Origin: Chlorokybus atmophyticus
Lineage: Eukaryota > Plantae > Mesostigma and Chlorokybus algae
Assembly: GCA_009103225.1 (NCBI GenBank)
Contig: RHPI01002368.1
Coordinates: 773,397 to 837,396, forward strand
Direction: 5' to 3'
Length of the DNA: 64,000 nt
Part shown: positions 22,701-35,402 of the stretch, one piece after another
Position numbering within the stretch: position 1 is the first letter of the stretch
How the letters are laid out: each line of letters begins with the position of its first letter
The notes under the pieces: generated by a model
Databases searched by the model: none
Told to the model about the DNA's origin: nothing
What the model saw: only the letters and a program-made list of their open reading frames with translations
Translations under genes and position numbers: made by a program

Positions 22701-25700
22701 GGACTGCCCATGCTGCTGCGCGCGGCGTGTTGCCGGCTGTTCTGTCGGTTATATGTACAACAAGAGCCGTTTTGCGTGGTATCACCAATAAGCCGCACAA
22801 GGTATTGAGTTAAAGATGTGCGTGTGTGCGCACGCGCATGCGTGTGCATGTGTGATGATCTGAATGGGCACTCATATGTGGCAATTGATCAGAGTTTGGG
22901 GCTTTACGGAGCAGGTGTTGGCAGACAATTCGCTACAGGTGACAAAGCGTTTCTAGCACGTTTTGCTTAGCACATAGGCAAGCACACGCATGCTGCCGTG
23001 CCTATTATGCCTAACCAACACATTGGCGTGTTGTCTGTCAGGCTGTAAACCCACACATTAATAGCTTTAAGAAAGCTGCGACAGAGTTTCTTAAAGACAC
23101 GCAGGGTTGCTTCAGCCTGAACTCTATGAGCCGCAACGTGTTCGTACTTGCAGGTGTTTGCTCCCTGTTTACAATGCATTGCGCACCGAGTGCACGCGTG
23201 TGTGCTTGCGCGTGTATATGTGTGCGCGCGTGTGTACGTGTGTGTGCGTGTGTGCACCTGGGCTTGCATGCGTGTACATGTGCACTTACTTCTTCCTGCT
23301 CTCTACCATATCCACACAGTCCTTGAAGCCTTACAATTGCTCGTCACGTTTGGTCTCTTTGACTCTCCTCACCCACCATCCCCATCCACGCTGTCGCTGA
23401 TATCTCTTCTCATCTCATTACTGAGCGGAGCCAATGACTTGGTGCCCGCTGGACGCTCCATGTTTGAGAAAGCCCCCGACACACTCATCGTCATGAGATG
23501 CAAGACCACAATCTGTGAAGTTCTAATGTACTTCCTGGAGTGCCATGAGAACCAACTGCTGACGGAGGTGTACCAAGCCTTCTGCTCCATGCGGAGTGCG
23601 TGACACACGCACATATGCACACTTGTGTGTATACATGGGTTGTATCTGGAGTTCGACTACTGTGGTGACAAGTGGTCCAGGGTGGCATTGTGCTGTGCTG
23701 ATCCTGCTTGAGGGTGGTCTTATTTGGCACGGTGGTGATTTGGAGAAACATTGAAAGTCACATGTCGCTACGTGGTGTGCTTGTGCTTCACCATCAGCTG
23801 TTGTTGTATAACAGCTGTTTGCCCGCAGACTCAACGAAGCCGCACGCCAGCCTCGGCAAACGCTTCAGCAAATCAGTCTCTGAGCGCTGGAGTGTCCGTC
23901 ACCTCAAGATCTTGCTGGTACAAAGCTCCCTCCACACATGCATTTATAGCTTGCCCAACCCACTTGCGAGTATATACTCATAGCATCCTTGGTATGGTTT
24001 TGTCAGGATGACGCGAGTATTGCTAGACCCGAGACCTTTCCAAAAGAGTCTTTTCGTGCTTTGGAGAAGGAGCTCTTTGCAGAATGCCACTCTGCCACGG
24101 GACAGCAGCAGCTGTTGAGCTCCCACAGACGCTCTCAATTGACCAACATACTCTTGAGTCTCACGCGCTATGAGTACACGCCTTTGCAGGTATGGGTGTT
24201 GTGTCTAGGTTGTGTTTGGGCTCAACTGGAGGTGGGGGGGGGGTTGTAATTAGCATGCCGCGCGCAAACACATATGCACCGACGCATATACGCACCGACG
24301 CACACAATGTGCATTATGCCATACAACATGCCACAAGCGCACGCACGCGCACACAGAAACACACCCACCCTCCCACAGGCCATTTCCTGGCGTTTGGTTG
24401 AGCGTCTCCTCGGTCAGCGTGAAGCCGTGGTCTACGACGTGTTGGGCACTCAGCTGCTGGTGTATCCGGACGTGATACAAGCGCACCGGCAGGCCATACA
24501 GGACCTCAGGCTCCTGCACAACCAGCAGAAGTGGCTAGCGAGCGATGAGGAGCAGAGGGGCCAAGAAGCGCAGATGGCGTGCAAGCAAGTATGCGAGAGG
24601 TAGAGTCAATGCGTGTGGTCGTGTGCACTACTTGTGTTATACGCATCTTCCTACGTATTACACACATACACACATATTTACGTGTTTGTGTATATATGTG
24701 TGTCGCACACATGCACACAATCATGTGTCTGTTTGCGACACACGCATACACACATTGTTTCATGTGTGTATGCACATCAAACAAACGCGGCACACACTAC
24801 GTGTGGGACTCACAGTGTGGTCCACTCGTGTGGCAGATTGTGTGCTTTGCTTGAGTTGGAGAATGGCAGCAGCGCCGGAGATCACAAACATGCGGAAGTT
24901 CAGCCGGTACGCCATTAAAACCAGTGGTTTCTTGCTTCTATTCCATTAGTCAGTACACCCAACGTTATTCAATAAACTTGTCACAGACCATAGAGCATGC
25001 GCCCGCTTTGGAGACTGTCCACCGCAACCAGGCGATGCTGTACAACCTTGACATTGTGCAAGCCATACTTGAGGTTGAGTGCACTTGTTGGCCGACATGT
25101 CATGCACATATGCACGTAATTGTGTAGTCATGGTTGACAATGAATATTTGCAGGTGCTGAAGCTTCCCATCAAGCGCATCAGACCCGACACCAGCCTGGA
25201 CGTGGATGAGACCAGCCCCGGACTGATAACACGCGCCCGTGCCTTGGAAGCTGTTGGTGAACTTGGTTTGCGAGACCTGCTCCAGGCTGCATATACATTC
25301 CTTGGACAGGCAAGCATTACCTATGCCACTACTCTTGGTGTTGAATTCTCAGTGTTCTCAGTGTGCAAGTGACTATTGCATGCATTGTGCAACTGTCATG
25401 TTGGAGCTACGAAGGGTTCTTGAGGTTGCCACACATCAGGCTTGGGAACCGAATCACAAGGAGACGTACACGCATTGCCCATCATGACCAAACAGCGTGA
25501 AAAGCACACATTGACCAACATGTTATCAAATTGTGTTACGTCATCACCAACCTACATTGTGTTATCGTTGTTGTTGCAGTTATGTTGCCCTATCTTGCGC
25601 GCGGACCACCCTTTGCCTTGGCGTTTGCTGCTCGGTTCCAATGTTGCCTCAGAGTACAGCCTTCACGCAGCCTCGCAACACGATGTCGCACACAATGTTG

Positions 25701-28700
25701 GAGCGTATTTTCCTCATCTCATGTTGGACGGCGTGTGCCCAGCCGCAGCACATGCTGTTGCAATGAGCATTATGGGAAACGCTGCGACTTGTGGCGCGTT
25801 GGAACAGGATGTGGTAAGAGTGTGATGTGTGTGGACATACATGTGGGAATGCGTGTTTTTGCCTGTGGGTATGTGCGTATGTCGGTTTATGCGCGTGTGC
25901 GTGTGTATGGGTGGGTATGTTTATGTGTGCACACACATACAAATACGTATACACAACACACACAACACATCATTGTCCATGGTGGGGTGCTTTTGTCGAG
26001 TTTATTGTGTTGGGTGCTCCTTGATGTCTATATAGCGTGCAACACACGCACGTACAACACCTTTTTGTCGGGTTCATTGTGCACTACTTTAGTACATAAC
26101 ATGCTCGGAGGTGGCACTCCAACACGCACTGCGCATGGCCATACACAAAACTCAACACCCTCTTATGTTGGCTTCTTGACACACGCAGGTGCGCCGCATC
26201 TTCCGCTGCGTCCTTCAATACCGCCGCTGCAGTTTGATGAAGATACTCATCGTCGCCGTGTCCACACGCGTGCAAAAGTTGAAAGAGTGGGTGTCCCGCC
26301 TTGCGTCCGATTATCAAGAAGAGGCGTTAAATTTATGTAAGACTCCTGCTGAAGTGGCACGCCGGTTTCGCAAAATGAAAGACAATGAACACGATGTGGC
26401 GGGAGATGTGTCTGAGCTGCGGTATCACACGCTGTCTGTCACCCTCATCGCCTTATGCTGCCAGGTATGATGAGATTGTACATGTATGTCTTACATGTGT
26501 AGTTTTGTGTGAATTGGTATGTGCACACATGCATACGAAATGTATCTGCTGAGCCACGTGAATGCCATTGCGTTGTGTGCAGTATGTCTATGTAAACGTA
26601 AACCAACATAGCATCATGGTGCTGTACGTATACATAACCATGCTGTCACGATCGTTTGATTAGATTTCAGTATGTGTGAGCATTATGGAAGAGTTGACGT
26701 CGTCACTCCAGTCTTACATCTGAAGCTCTTCTTGACACTGTTCACTCTTCATTCCAGGGCTCTCCCAGGCCAGAGACAGTGCATCAGGCATCCGAGTTGG
26801 TGAGTTGGTCCGACTGCATGGCGTCGCTATTGGACCAGCGCGGGGGCACACGGCCATCATCGGAACACAACAGCAATGACAACACCAGCAACCGACCAAC
26901 TAATGCCGCTGCTACGACGCTGAGATTCGTCAAGATGCCTTATATGCTCATCCTGCATTATGTGTATGTACAGGTAAAATCTGGTGATGTTGCTGTTACT
27001 ATCTTGCTTCTGCCAGTCCGGTTGTTTTGTGTGTTCATTGTATTGCTGTGATTATTGAAAGTAATGTTTGTACAATAGGCGGAGTCTTCTAAGGGCAATG
27101 TAGACGTTCGCTCCTCTCACAACAGACTCTGGCCTGGTGTGAATAGGAGTGGCAACAGCCTGATGCAGGTCGAGTGAGGAGTGTGCAGTTGCACAACATG
27201 GCGTGCGTGCGTGCGTGCGTTTGTGCGTGCGTGTGTGTTCATACCGTCTGAAGCTAGTGACATGCAGGACGTGTTGATTGATTTGAAAGATGCAGTAGAT
27301 GAAGCAAACAGTGCAGATTTGACACATTGGCAGCCGCATCATGTTGGTGAAGAGGGTTCGGCCCTGGATTACATCATATGGGCTGTCCTGCCTATGCTCA
27401 CTTGCTACATGCGCAATCACTGCCCACCTGTGAGCACAATGACTGCCGCACAAGTCAGCGCACTACAAGCCGTAAGTCGGTGTGGACAGTATGTGTACGT
27501 GCGCGCACACATGCATGCGTGCTTGTAGTGTTGAGATTGTTTGCACTCCTGTGTGCATCTGGGCATACTTTTGTGTATGAGTGTGCGTGCGCGTCTTTGT
27601 TGATGCGTATGTGCGTGCATGAGGGTGTGAACACTTGCTACTGTGCAGTTGAAGTCCACATGTGAAGACCTTTACACCGCCCTTCCAGCTGGCGTCGAGC
27701 GTTCAGCCGTGGAGGCGTTCCTATCTAGCCTGCAGCAGCAACACATCAACTTAATTGATGCAAATCGCACGTGGCACAGGATACCTTCACAGGCTTTGCA
27801 GCGATTGGACACGCAGCCTCCTGCAGAAGAAGAGCTCATTATGATGGACTGGGCCATGTTCACACGTGCATTCGCTCAAGCGTTGGGTGTGGATGTGTCG
27901 AGTGATGTGGTGGAGGGACGTAGCAGACGCGTGTACAGGAAGTTGCTTGGAGGTGGAGCAGCTGGCCAGCAAGGAGAAGGAGGAGTGGTGCGGCAGCTGG
28001 TGCAGATGATGTGTCAGCCTGGTAGGAGTTGTGCAAGCGTGGTTGCTGATGTGGCAAGAACACACGTATATGCACAAGCGTGCGCAGACACCCGCCCACA
28101 CATGCACACGCACACGCACAAACCCATACACATTCTCATCTCAGGTGCCCTTGAGCACGTACAGCCTCAGCTCCTCCGCGCGGACATTGTCTCTCACCTC
28201 GCCTTCATGTTGGCCACCTCTGCCGACTCTGCTCTGCCCCCAGACTCCGCCATCAGATTACTAAAAGTCCTCATCGGTCTCCTCTTTGTCACCGACGTTG
28301 ATGGTGTAATCTCCACGGATGAGTTTGACAAGAGGTGGGACCTGTGGCAGGCAGGCTTGCACGCCAACATGGCGTATGCAAGCCGAGAGGAGTATGCTGA
28401 AGTACAGGCATGGTATGTGCATATGTGTGCGTGTGCGTGTACACGCGTGCGTGTGTGTGTAGCTGGACGATGCGTCAATGTGCATATGGATATTTCGTGG
28501 TTGTGTTCTTGTGACTGTTGAATTATTGTGTATCAGTATAATTCTACCATACAAGTACAAGGTCAGTCATAATGATTGGAGTAATATGTATCATTAGAAT
28601 GTCATCATGCAGTGACCTAACGCCAAATGCAATGGTCTACTACTATCTGTTGCCGTGTCGTTGGTACCACTATCAATGCGTATTGTTAATGAGTATTGTT

Positions 28701-31700
28701 GTTGCATCAGGTACCACGAGTTGGGTGTGACGAAATGTGCAGCGACGCTTGTATCACATCCGCAACCCAGCATTGCGGCTGGTATGTGGCTATTTATAAT
28801 GAATCCTGTGTACCCATTGCTTTGCTATTGTTGCGTGCTGAACTGACACCAGTGTGCCACAGAGGCTACTGTCTTGCTCATGCTTTTGACGGATAACGGC
28901 ACCGAAGCCATCACAACCGTCGCGCTTGAGGCTTTGTCGTCCAATGCAAAGTTTCTCAACACAGTGAAGAAGATCTTGCAGGTGTGTAGGCGTGTATGTG
29001 TCCGTCATCAACGTGCGTGCGTGTGTATGCACGCGTGTGCGTGTGCATGCGCGCGCACGTGTGTGTGCTGGTGCCCGTGCGCTTGAAGAGTGTTTGTGTG
29101 CATGTGCGTATGTTGATGTGATTGCCTTGGTTGGTTGATAATGTACAAATCTATCAAGTAACTCACGATAGTAACACATCAGGAAGCCAGCACCACCGCG
29201 CGCAAGCAGATCAAGATTCTTCAGCGCATCCGTCAAGAGCGCGTCTTGCAGGCTCTTCAGGTGTCGTTGCCTAAATCCCAATCTCAGAACAGTTTCATGA
29301 ACACAGAGCGTGAAAAGAGCGTGTGGAGCGGCGGCAACAGCAGCCTACGCAGCAGCGGCTTCACGACACTGTTGAGGACAGCGACGGCGCAGTTGAGACG
29401 AAGCTTCGCACGGCGAGCATCGCTTGGGTTCAGAAGACATAGGCACATGACACATGATGAAAGTGAGGTACCTGGTTGCTACATATCATGCCTCTATTCA
29501 TGTATATCTGCACTTCATATTCATGTATGGGTACAGGTATATACGAATGCGTGTGCGTGCATGCGTGCGTTCGCGCACGCACGTGTGATTGCACATACAC
29601 ATGTTACAATATACATACAGAAATGTGTACATGCATGCATACACACGCAAATTTGTAAGTGTACATAGTTATGTCCGTTCGTGTACACGTGGTCACATGG
29701 TTGTGTTCTGTTCCGTGCAGGTGCCCAACGTGCAACACGTGCTACGGATGCTCCAGTCCTTCTACAAGAGGCAGTCCAGTGGAGCACCGCGACTTTTGCT
29801 GACTCCCTCCGGCACGCAGGTATGGTGATACATCAATCTTCAATCTTCACCTCATTCTGCCAAATATGAACGCATTGAAGTGGAAATCCATCAAGTTGTA
29901 TACAACATGAGCCGGACAAAGGAAATTGTTAGTTAGTGCACATTGTGAAGTCTTTAGAGTACAGGGCACTCATTTATCATTTTGGACGTTTAACTGGCAG
30001 GAACTACTGCTGTACCTTGTGCGCTACTTGGAAGCTCTGCAGCCGGGCATAGAAGACTCGATGGGTAAGCTGTCATTTATACATCTCTGTTGCTGTTGAC
30101 ACCTGCCAGCACACACCTACACACAAGTGCGCAGGCTTGTATGCATGCGCGTGATCAGTACATGCCTGTGCCCACACGAGCGCGCACATCTTTGCAACAT
30201 ACGCGATTAATGTGATGATGATGCAGGCCTTGGAGATGGAAATATATCCATTGCAGCTGTTCAGGTGTGCAAGACAATCACTGCTTTGATGTCAGGCCCC
30301 ACACTGGACAATCAGGTACATGAGTTAAGACTGTTCTCAGCAATTAGCTCTTCATCAGCCTGCAACCCAACAACACAACCTTGTACAGGTTTTAGTGGCA
30401 CGCAGCAACTTCCTGCAGCTCTCCCTTTGGATCTTCCGGAACCAACGCTACGAGCCAATGCTTCCTTCTTCAGAGACACACATCCCAACCCAACAACAAA
30501 TCCACTCAACAACAGACCCACATGGCACACACATCGCGCGCGCACAATCACTCAAAGGCGGTCCCGCCGTGAACAACTTTAAGTGCCTCCTTAAACAGGC
30601 CATTTCGGACTCATGGCTCGCTCTGCTGGAGGAACTGCCTTATATCCAGACCGAGATACCAGCCAAGCTGCTGGATATATTAGACTTTGAGCTGGTTTTG
30701 GAGAATGCTCAAGTCATAGTGGATCTGATACATGATGCGAGGAGCTTTCTTGTGCGCTCGGGTTTAGTTGGATCCGATTCAGCAGCAGCCATAACAGGTT
30801 TATTGAATCGGTCCGCATGGCCAGCGATGTATCAGAGCTTCTCTGGACAAGATATCGAGCTCAGGCTGCGAAGGGAAGCGATGTCATGCCTGCTGCTACT
30901 GCAACGGCTCGACGATATAGAGACAGTCCAGAGCCGATATCGAGTCGGGCATGTACGAGTCGTGTTTCTCGCAGGGGTGACAAAGGGTCATGGAACAGTG
31001 CGTGTGCCCGTGCGTGTGCATGCGTGCTATGTGTTCATGTGTGTTGTTCTGTGTGCAGCCTCGTTGCACTCATGCCAGCGGCTGTTTGAAAGTTCAGCGC
31101 AAAGGAACTCTCTGTCTTGCTCATGCACTTGACAAGCATGAGACTTCAAAGGCGTTCTTTGACAAGCACAGAGGGACTGTAGAAGTTCTACATAATGGCC
31201 AGGTGAGAATCATGTAGACCGCAACTGTCTGGGTGATGTTATGTAGGCGGTTATTGTTTGTACATACTCTGTGTGAGACGTGTGCAGCATTACAAAGAGC
31301 ATACTGTTGTTGGACAAAGTCAATAGCTGATTGTGTTTTGCTATCATTGCGTACTGGGTAAGTACTTAAATTTTCCAAGTAACAGAGTCAAAAGTTTTGT
31401 GCATATGATACTGCTTCTTTGGGTTCTACGTGTAACCTTCTGCAAACTACGTCAGTTGTGTGTTGATGCAACTTTCACAAAATGGCTAGCATGTATCTGT
31501 GTGGTCATTGCATGCGCGTGCGCACATCATAACCATCTGACCCCTGCTCTCATTTACAGGTCCAGCTTGTTCGTTTCCAGTTGCCTGATGACTTGCATCG
31601 TGCGCACAACTCCCGCGGCATTCATACTATCCTCAAGTCCTTGCAAAAGCACCGTTCAGTCCAAACGCCCAGCCAGCACGCCACACTTCTCATGCAGCAG

Positions 31701-34494
31701 TTGAGACTGGAGGTGTTTAGAAACAACCACAAGGCGAGGTTGAGGGCGGCGGGGGTGGTACTGCCGGTCGTGCAGAATAATATGGCGGTAAGGGAGGGGA
31801 GGGATATGTGCGCGCGCAGGCATACATGTGCACATATGCGTACATGTGCGTGCGTGTGCGTGTGTGCGCACGTACACACACATGCATACATATGCGCATG
31901 CACAGCACAAACTAGATGCAAATGCAGTGTTAGTAAAACATGGCAGTACATAGGTCTGCAAATTTGTAATTCTTCGTGTGTTGCTAACCATCATGTCACG
32001 ACTGTGTTTGTACAGTACATCCTCGCTGTCCCCTTCTTCATCTCCTTGTGTCTGCTATTGGTGCTCACGCTTTGGTACGGTGACGGTTTCAACAACTGGC
32101 GCAACACCGGAGCGCCCTACATCGTGTTTCATGTGTTTGCTTGGCTACAGGTGCAGTTCATGTGTTGTGTGGGAGAGTGTGGCTGGGGGCGAGGGGANNN
32201 NNNNNNNNNNNNNNNNNNNNNNNNNNNNNNNNNNNNNNNNNNNNNNNNNNNNNNNNNNNNNNNNNNNNNNNNNNNNNNNNNNNNNNNNNNNNNNNNNNNN
32301 NNCGCATATGCGTATGTGATATTGTTGTTATGCATTAGGTGTTGGCCACATGGACCACACTTGTGTTGTACACCTTGGCGGAAGGTCCAGTGTTTGTGTA
32401 TGAGCATGAAGGCCGCCATACCCGCCCTGATGAAATGTAAGCATAGTAATGTACTTCATGCCACAATCCGTGATGTTGGTTACATAGCACGACAACCGAA
32501 GACTAATCAGCAATGCTAGTAATGTCAAATGTTGTCTGTTGCGTGCAGTGAGCAGCGCAGTGTTAAGAAGAAGGCGCAACAGCAAGAACAGCCGCATGAA
32601 GCCGAGCAGACGGATCTTGTCGGCGTGTTGAGGCACCTGGATCGCCCTTTTGACTTTGTGTTCAGGCTGGTTCGCAGATGGTTTAGAGGTGAGAGAGCTG
32701 TGTGCGTGTGCGTGTTGTTATGTGTATGTGCGTGTTCTGGTTGTTGGCGTTGTTTGCCTGGTGGCACTAATTGCCTATGCAGGCTTATCGGAGTACATCA
32801 GGCAAGAACTCCTTGCCGTTAGGTGGCCTTTGTTGTTGTACTCACCACAGGTATGTGCACAGGCACGCTTGCACGCACGCACGCACGCATGCCACTAGAT
32901 ACATGTGTGCATTTTATAGTAGCAAGAAATTGTTACCATTGTGCCTCATGCTTGATGCTTTGCATGTGCTGACAACTTTGTCCCGTAGTTTATCTACTAT
33001 GGCGCTATGTTTATTGCGGCGATTCTCGGCATCTTCTGGGACCCCTTTTTCTTCGCTCTCCACCTGCTCTTTTGGGTCTTCAATCAGCCGCGCGCGTTCG
33101 TTGTGCTGCGCGGACTCCGAGTCGCCGCGAAGGAACTGCTGAAGCTGGGGCTTTTGGGACTCATTGTCATGTATCTCTTTGCGGGTATAACAATTCTAAT
33201 AATAATACTCTTGGCAATTTGGTATGTGGGAGTGTGCGTGCATGTGTGTACATGTGCATTACTGTGTGCGTGTGCGTGTGCGTCAAACTAATAAGTGCTG
33301 CCCCTGCAGTTGCCACATATATGGCGTTCAATCCTCAAGGCGATGGCGACGATGCTTGTGGGTCTGTTTATCAGTGCGTTGGCAAGTATTTTGTTTATGG
33401 TTTCTCCAACCAGCCAATATCTGACATATTTGGTGCGCCGTGGACTTCCGTGCCGATATCGCCATTCAATGAGAATGCCCGCCAACAGCGACGCATCATT
33501 TTCATACTGGCGTTTTACACTATTTATGCCATACTGCTGCTGAACTTCCTCATCGCGCTTATTGTGGACGCCGTCTTAACTGGTAAGTGCACGTGTGTGC
33601 ATGTGCGCGTGTTGTTGGGGGAAGGATGTGCGTGTGCATGTGTGTGTGTATGTGCATGTTTTCACACACTGTTATGGGTATGCATATAATAGTCTGTGCC
33701 TGCCTGCGCGCGCGCGCATGCTTGCGTGTGTGTGCAATTGCGTGTATAATGGAGACCACTTTCAGCAAGTCGAGGTTGTAACTCCAGTGTGCCTCATTTC
33801 AACAGTTCGAGCCTCAAAGGCTGCGCGCCGTGATGACTTGAAGCAACGCTGTTTTGTTTGCCGGCTGCCATGCAAGGTAACTCCCACACTGTGTCAACAC
33901 TATGTCCAGGGAGTTAGACACAGGTGGTCATCGCCATTGGCATGAACGCGCAGGTTTTTGAAGACTTACAGCCAGGCGGTTTTGAAACCCACATAGCGGA
34001 TGAGCACAACCCACTCATGTACCTCTACTACCTGCTGTGAGTGTCCTCATGCATTGCATATGATGTGTATGCATTATGCATATTCAAAATCAGGTATTAT
34101 GTTATGTTGGTGTCATGAGCGATAAAATACGTGCCTGAGGTTTCTCACAGCCACACATATGCACGCACAACCGCACGCGCACACACCTGCACGCACACCG
34201 TATCTCATAATGTTGCTGAACTCTCCCTCTCGTAGTTATGTTGGCAAGAAGGACCCCTCAGAGCGCACAGGTTTGGAGGCGTTTGTGGCGCGGCAGCTGT
34301 CGCAATGCGGGACGGAGTGGTTGCCCGTTGCACGCTCGCACGCGGTGGATGCCCACACACTCGCAACGCGCATTACACGCAACTCAACGCTTGTTGTTGA
34401 TGGTGGTAACGACTTGTCTTCGTTGGCAAGCGCCATCCGAACACTCCAGCAACGCTTCTCACGGCTCGAAGCTGCACTGATACAGAACCCATGA
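17199..34494 (+). CDS. ITPR: Inositol 1,4,5-trisphosphate receptor (ITPR)-family intracellular channel, dozens of exons; true start codon lies upstream of 17199 and was not identified
   Basis: Exons align in order to ITPR domains. Suppressor/MIR: VRFGDTLVL, LVYGEVLQLQHVAT, VVLDANGDEGSWFVILP, GVGDKVNYGD, ILFGGDVVMLCH, SSTSLWIVQ, LVRFKHYASELYL. RIH: CTMCLQVLRL..TFHGNSELL..VSLLEGLC..IQNML. LLRAACCRLFCRLYVQQEP. Second RIH: TFLGQLC..SIMGNAATC. RIH-associated: HVLRMLQ, TALMSGPTLDNQ, LKQAISDSWLALLE. Six TM segments (32.0-33.6 kb). C-terminal zinc finger CFVC..FETHIADEHN and KDPSERTGLEAFVARQLSQCGTEWLP, stop at 34494. No SPRY or RyR repeats were seen, so ITPR-type rather than RyR. Confidence 0.93.
19706..19925. 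other. Assembly gap (N) flanked by poly-G; other gaps at 32198-32302, 45580, 47441-47646 and 53440-53541
   Basis: N runs bordered by G- or C-rich or homopolymer sequence. Confidence 0.99.
25310..25579 (+). other. Probable GC-AG intron in ITPR
   Basis: CAG|gcaagc at 25310 joined to ttgcag|TTA at 25579 gives AAYTFLGQ|LCC. This aligns with ITPR1 AHEFLQNFC. Confidence 0.65.
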
Positions 34495-35402
34495 ACACAA
34501 TACGTGAGCACATTATGTGTGAACATGATATGCAGACAGGTACTGTTGCGCCGATGTGCTGTTGCCATCTACTGTTCCACCAAGTGTGTCATTGAGTACA
34601 CGGCGGTCTGTTCCTGTTTGCATGCGCTTGTGGAGTGTGCAACTGGACGTGTAGAGCTACTTTGCACTAATGCAAACGTTGCATAGCCAATCTTGTTCTT
34701 GATGCTTATAAATTCGGCTTAGCTATTACGCAACAGCAGCTCAACGCTGTGCAGCAGTGATAGAATAGAAGTCATGTAACTGTGAGGAATGCGCAGCAAG
34801 TGCTGGCAACCCAATTTAGAGCTCGCTTACCTTCCGCACAGGTTGTGGTATGTGCACAGAGCCTCAAAGACTAATACTACAACATCAGCGAAAGGCAATC
34901 TGTTTGCGTTTCTTATGTGTATGTGTATGACAGTGCACACAGTGTCAGTGGTGTGTACATAAGTCTCTAAGGGCATGCATGTGCAAAGAGACACCACAAA
35001 ATTGTTCATGCAAACAGGCAGCAAAGCTCCTAGTGCTAACGACCAACAGCATTTAGGCTGTATCATGCAACAGCATGAACTGCAAAATCCTGATATGGAA
35101 TACATGAACGTCTGCGACCCGACAATATGCTACAAAACTTAGCATGAACAGTCTGCCCAACCTACACCCAGATATAAGGCTCAGCAAGTAGCATTACAGA
35201 GTGTCATAATGACAACCACCCAACGTGTCAGTTATAGTTAGTAGCAGAGCCTCTCTACCACTACTAGTGCTACTCCTTCTGCAGGTAGATATGGTACCTG
35301 ACCCTAGACCCGCCCTGGATGAGAGCGTGAAATAACAACAAAAAGAATGACAACACCCAACTCACCTCTCACAAACACCTCGCAGACACACTTTCTCTCC
35401 TC

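Noticed and set aside
29775-29820. Alternative frames EHRDF and FADSLRHA resembling RyR/ITPR EGHNNDFQNYLR
   Set aside because: Two frameshifts would be needed. The unshifted frame splices in phase (GTQ|ELL) with a similar length, so chance similarity is preferred; cDNA would settle it.
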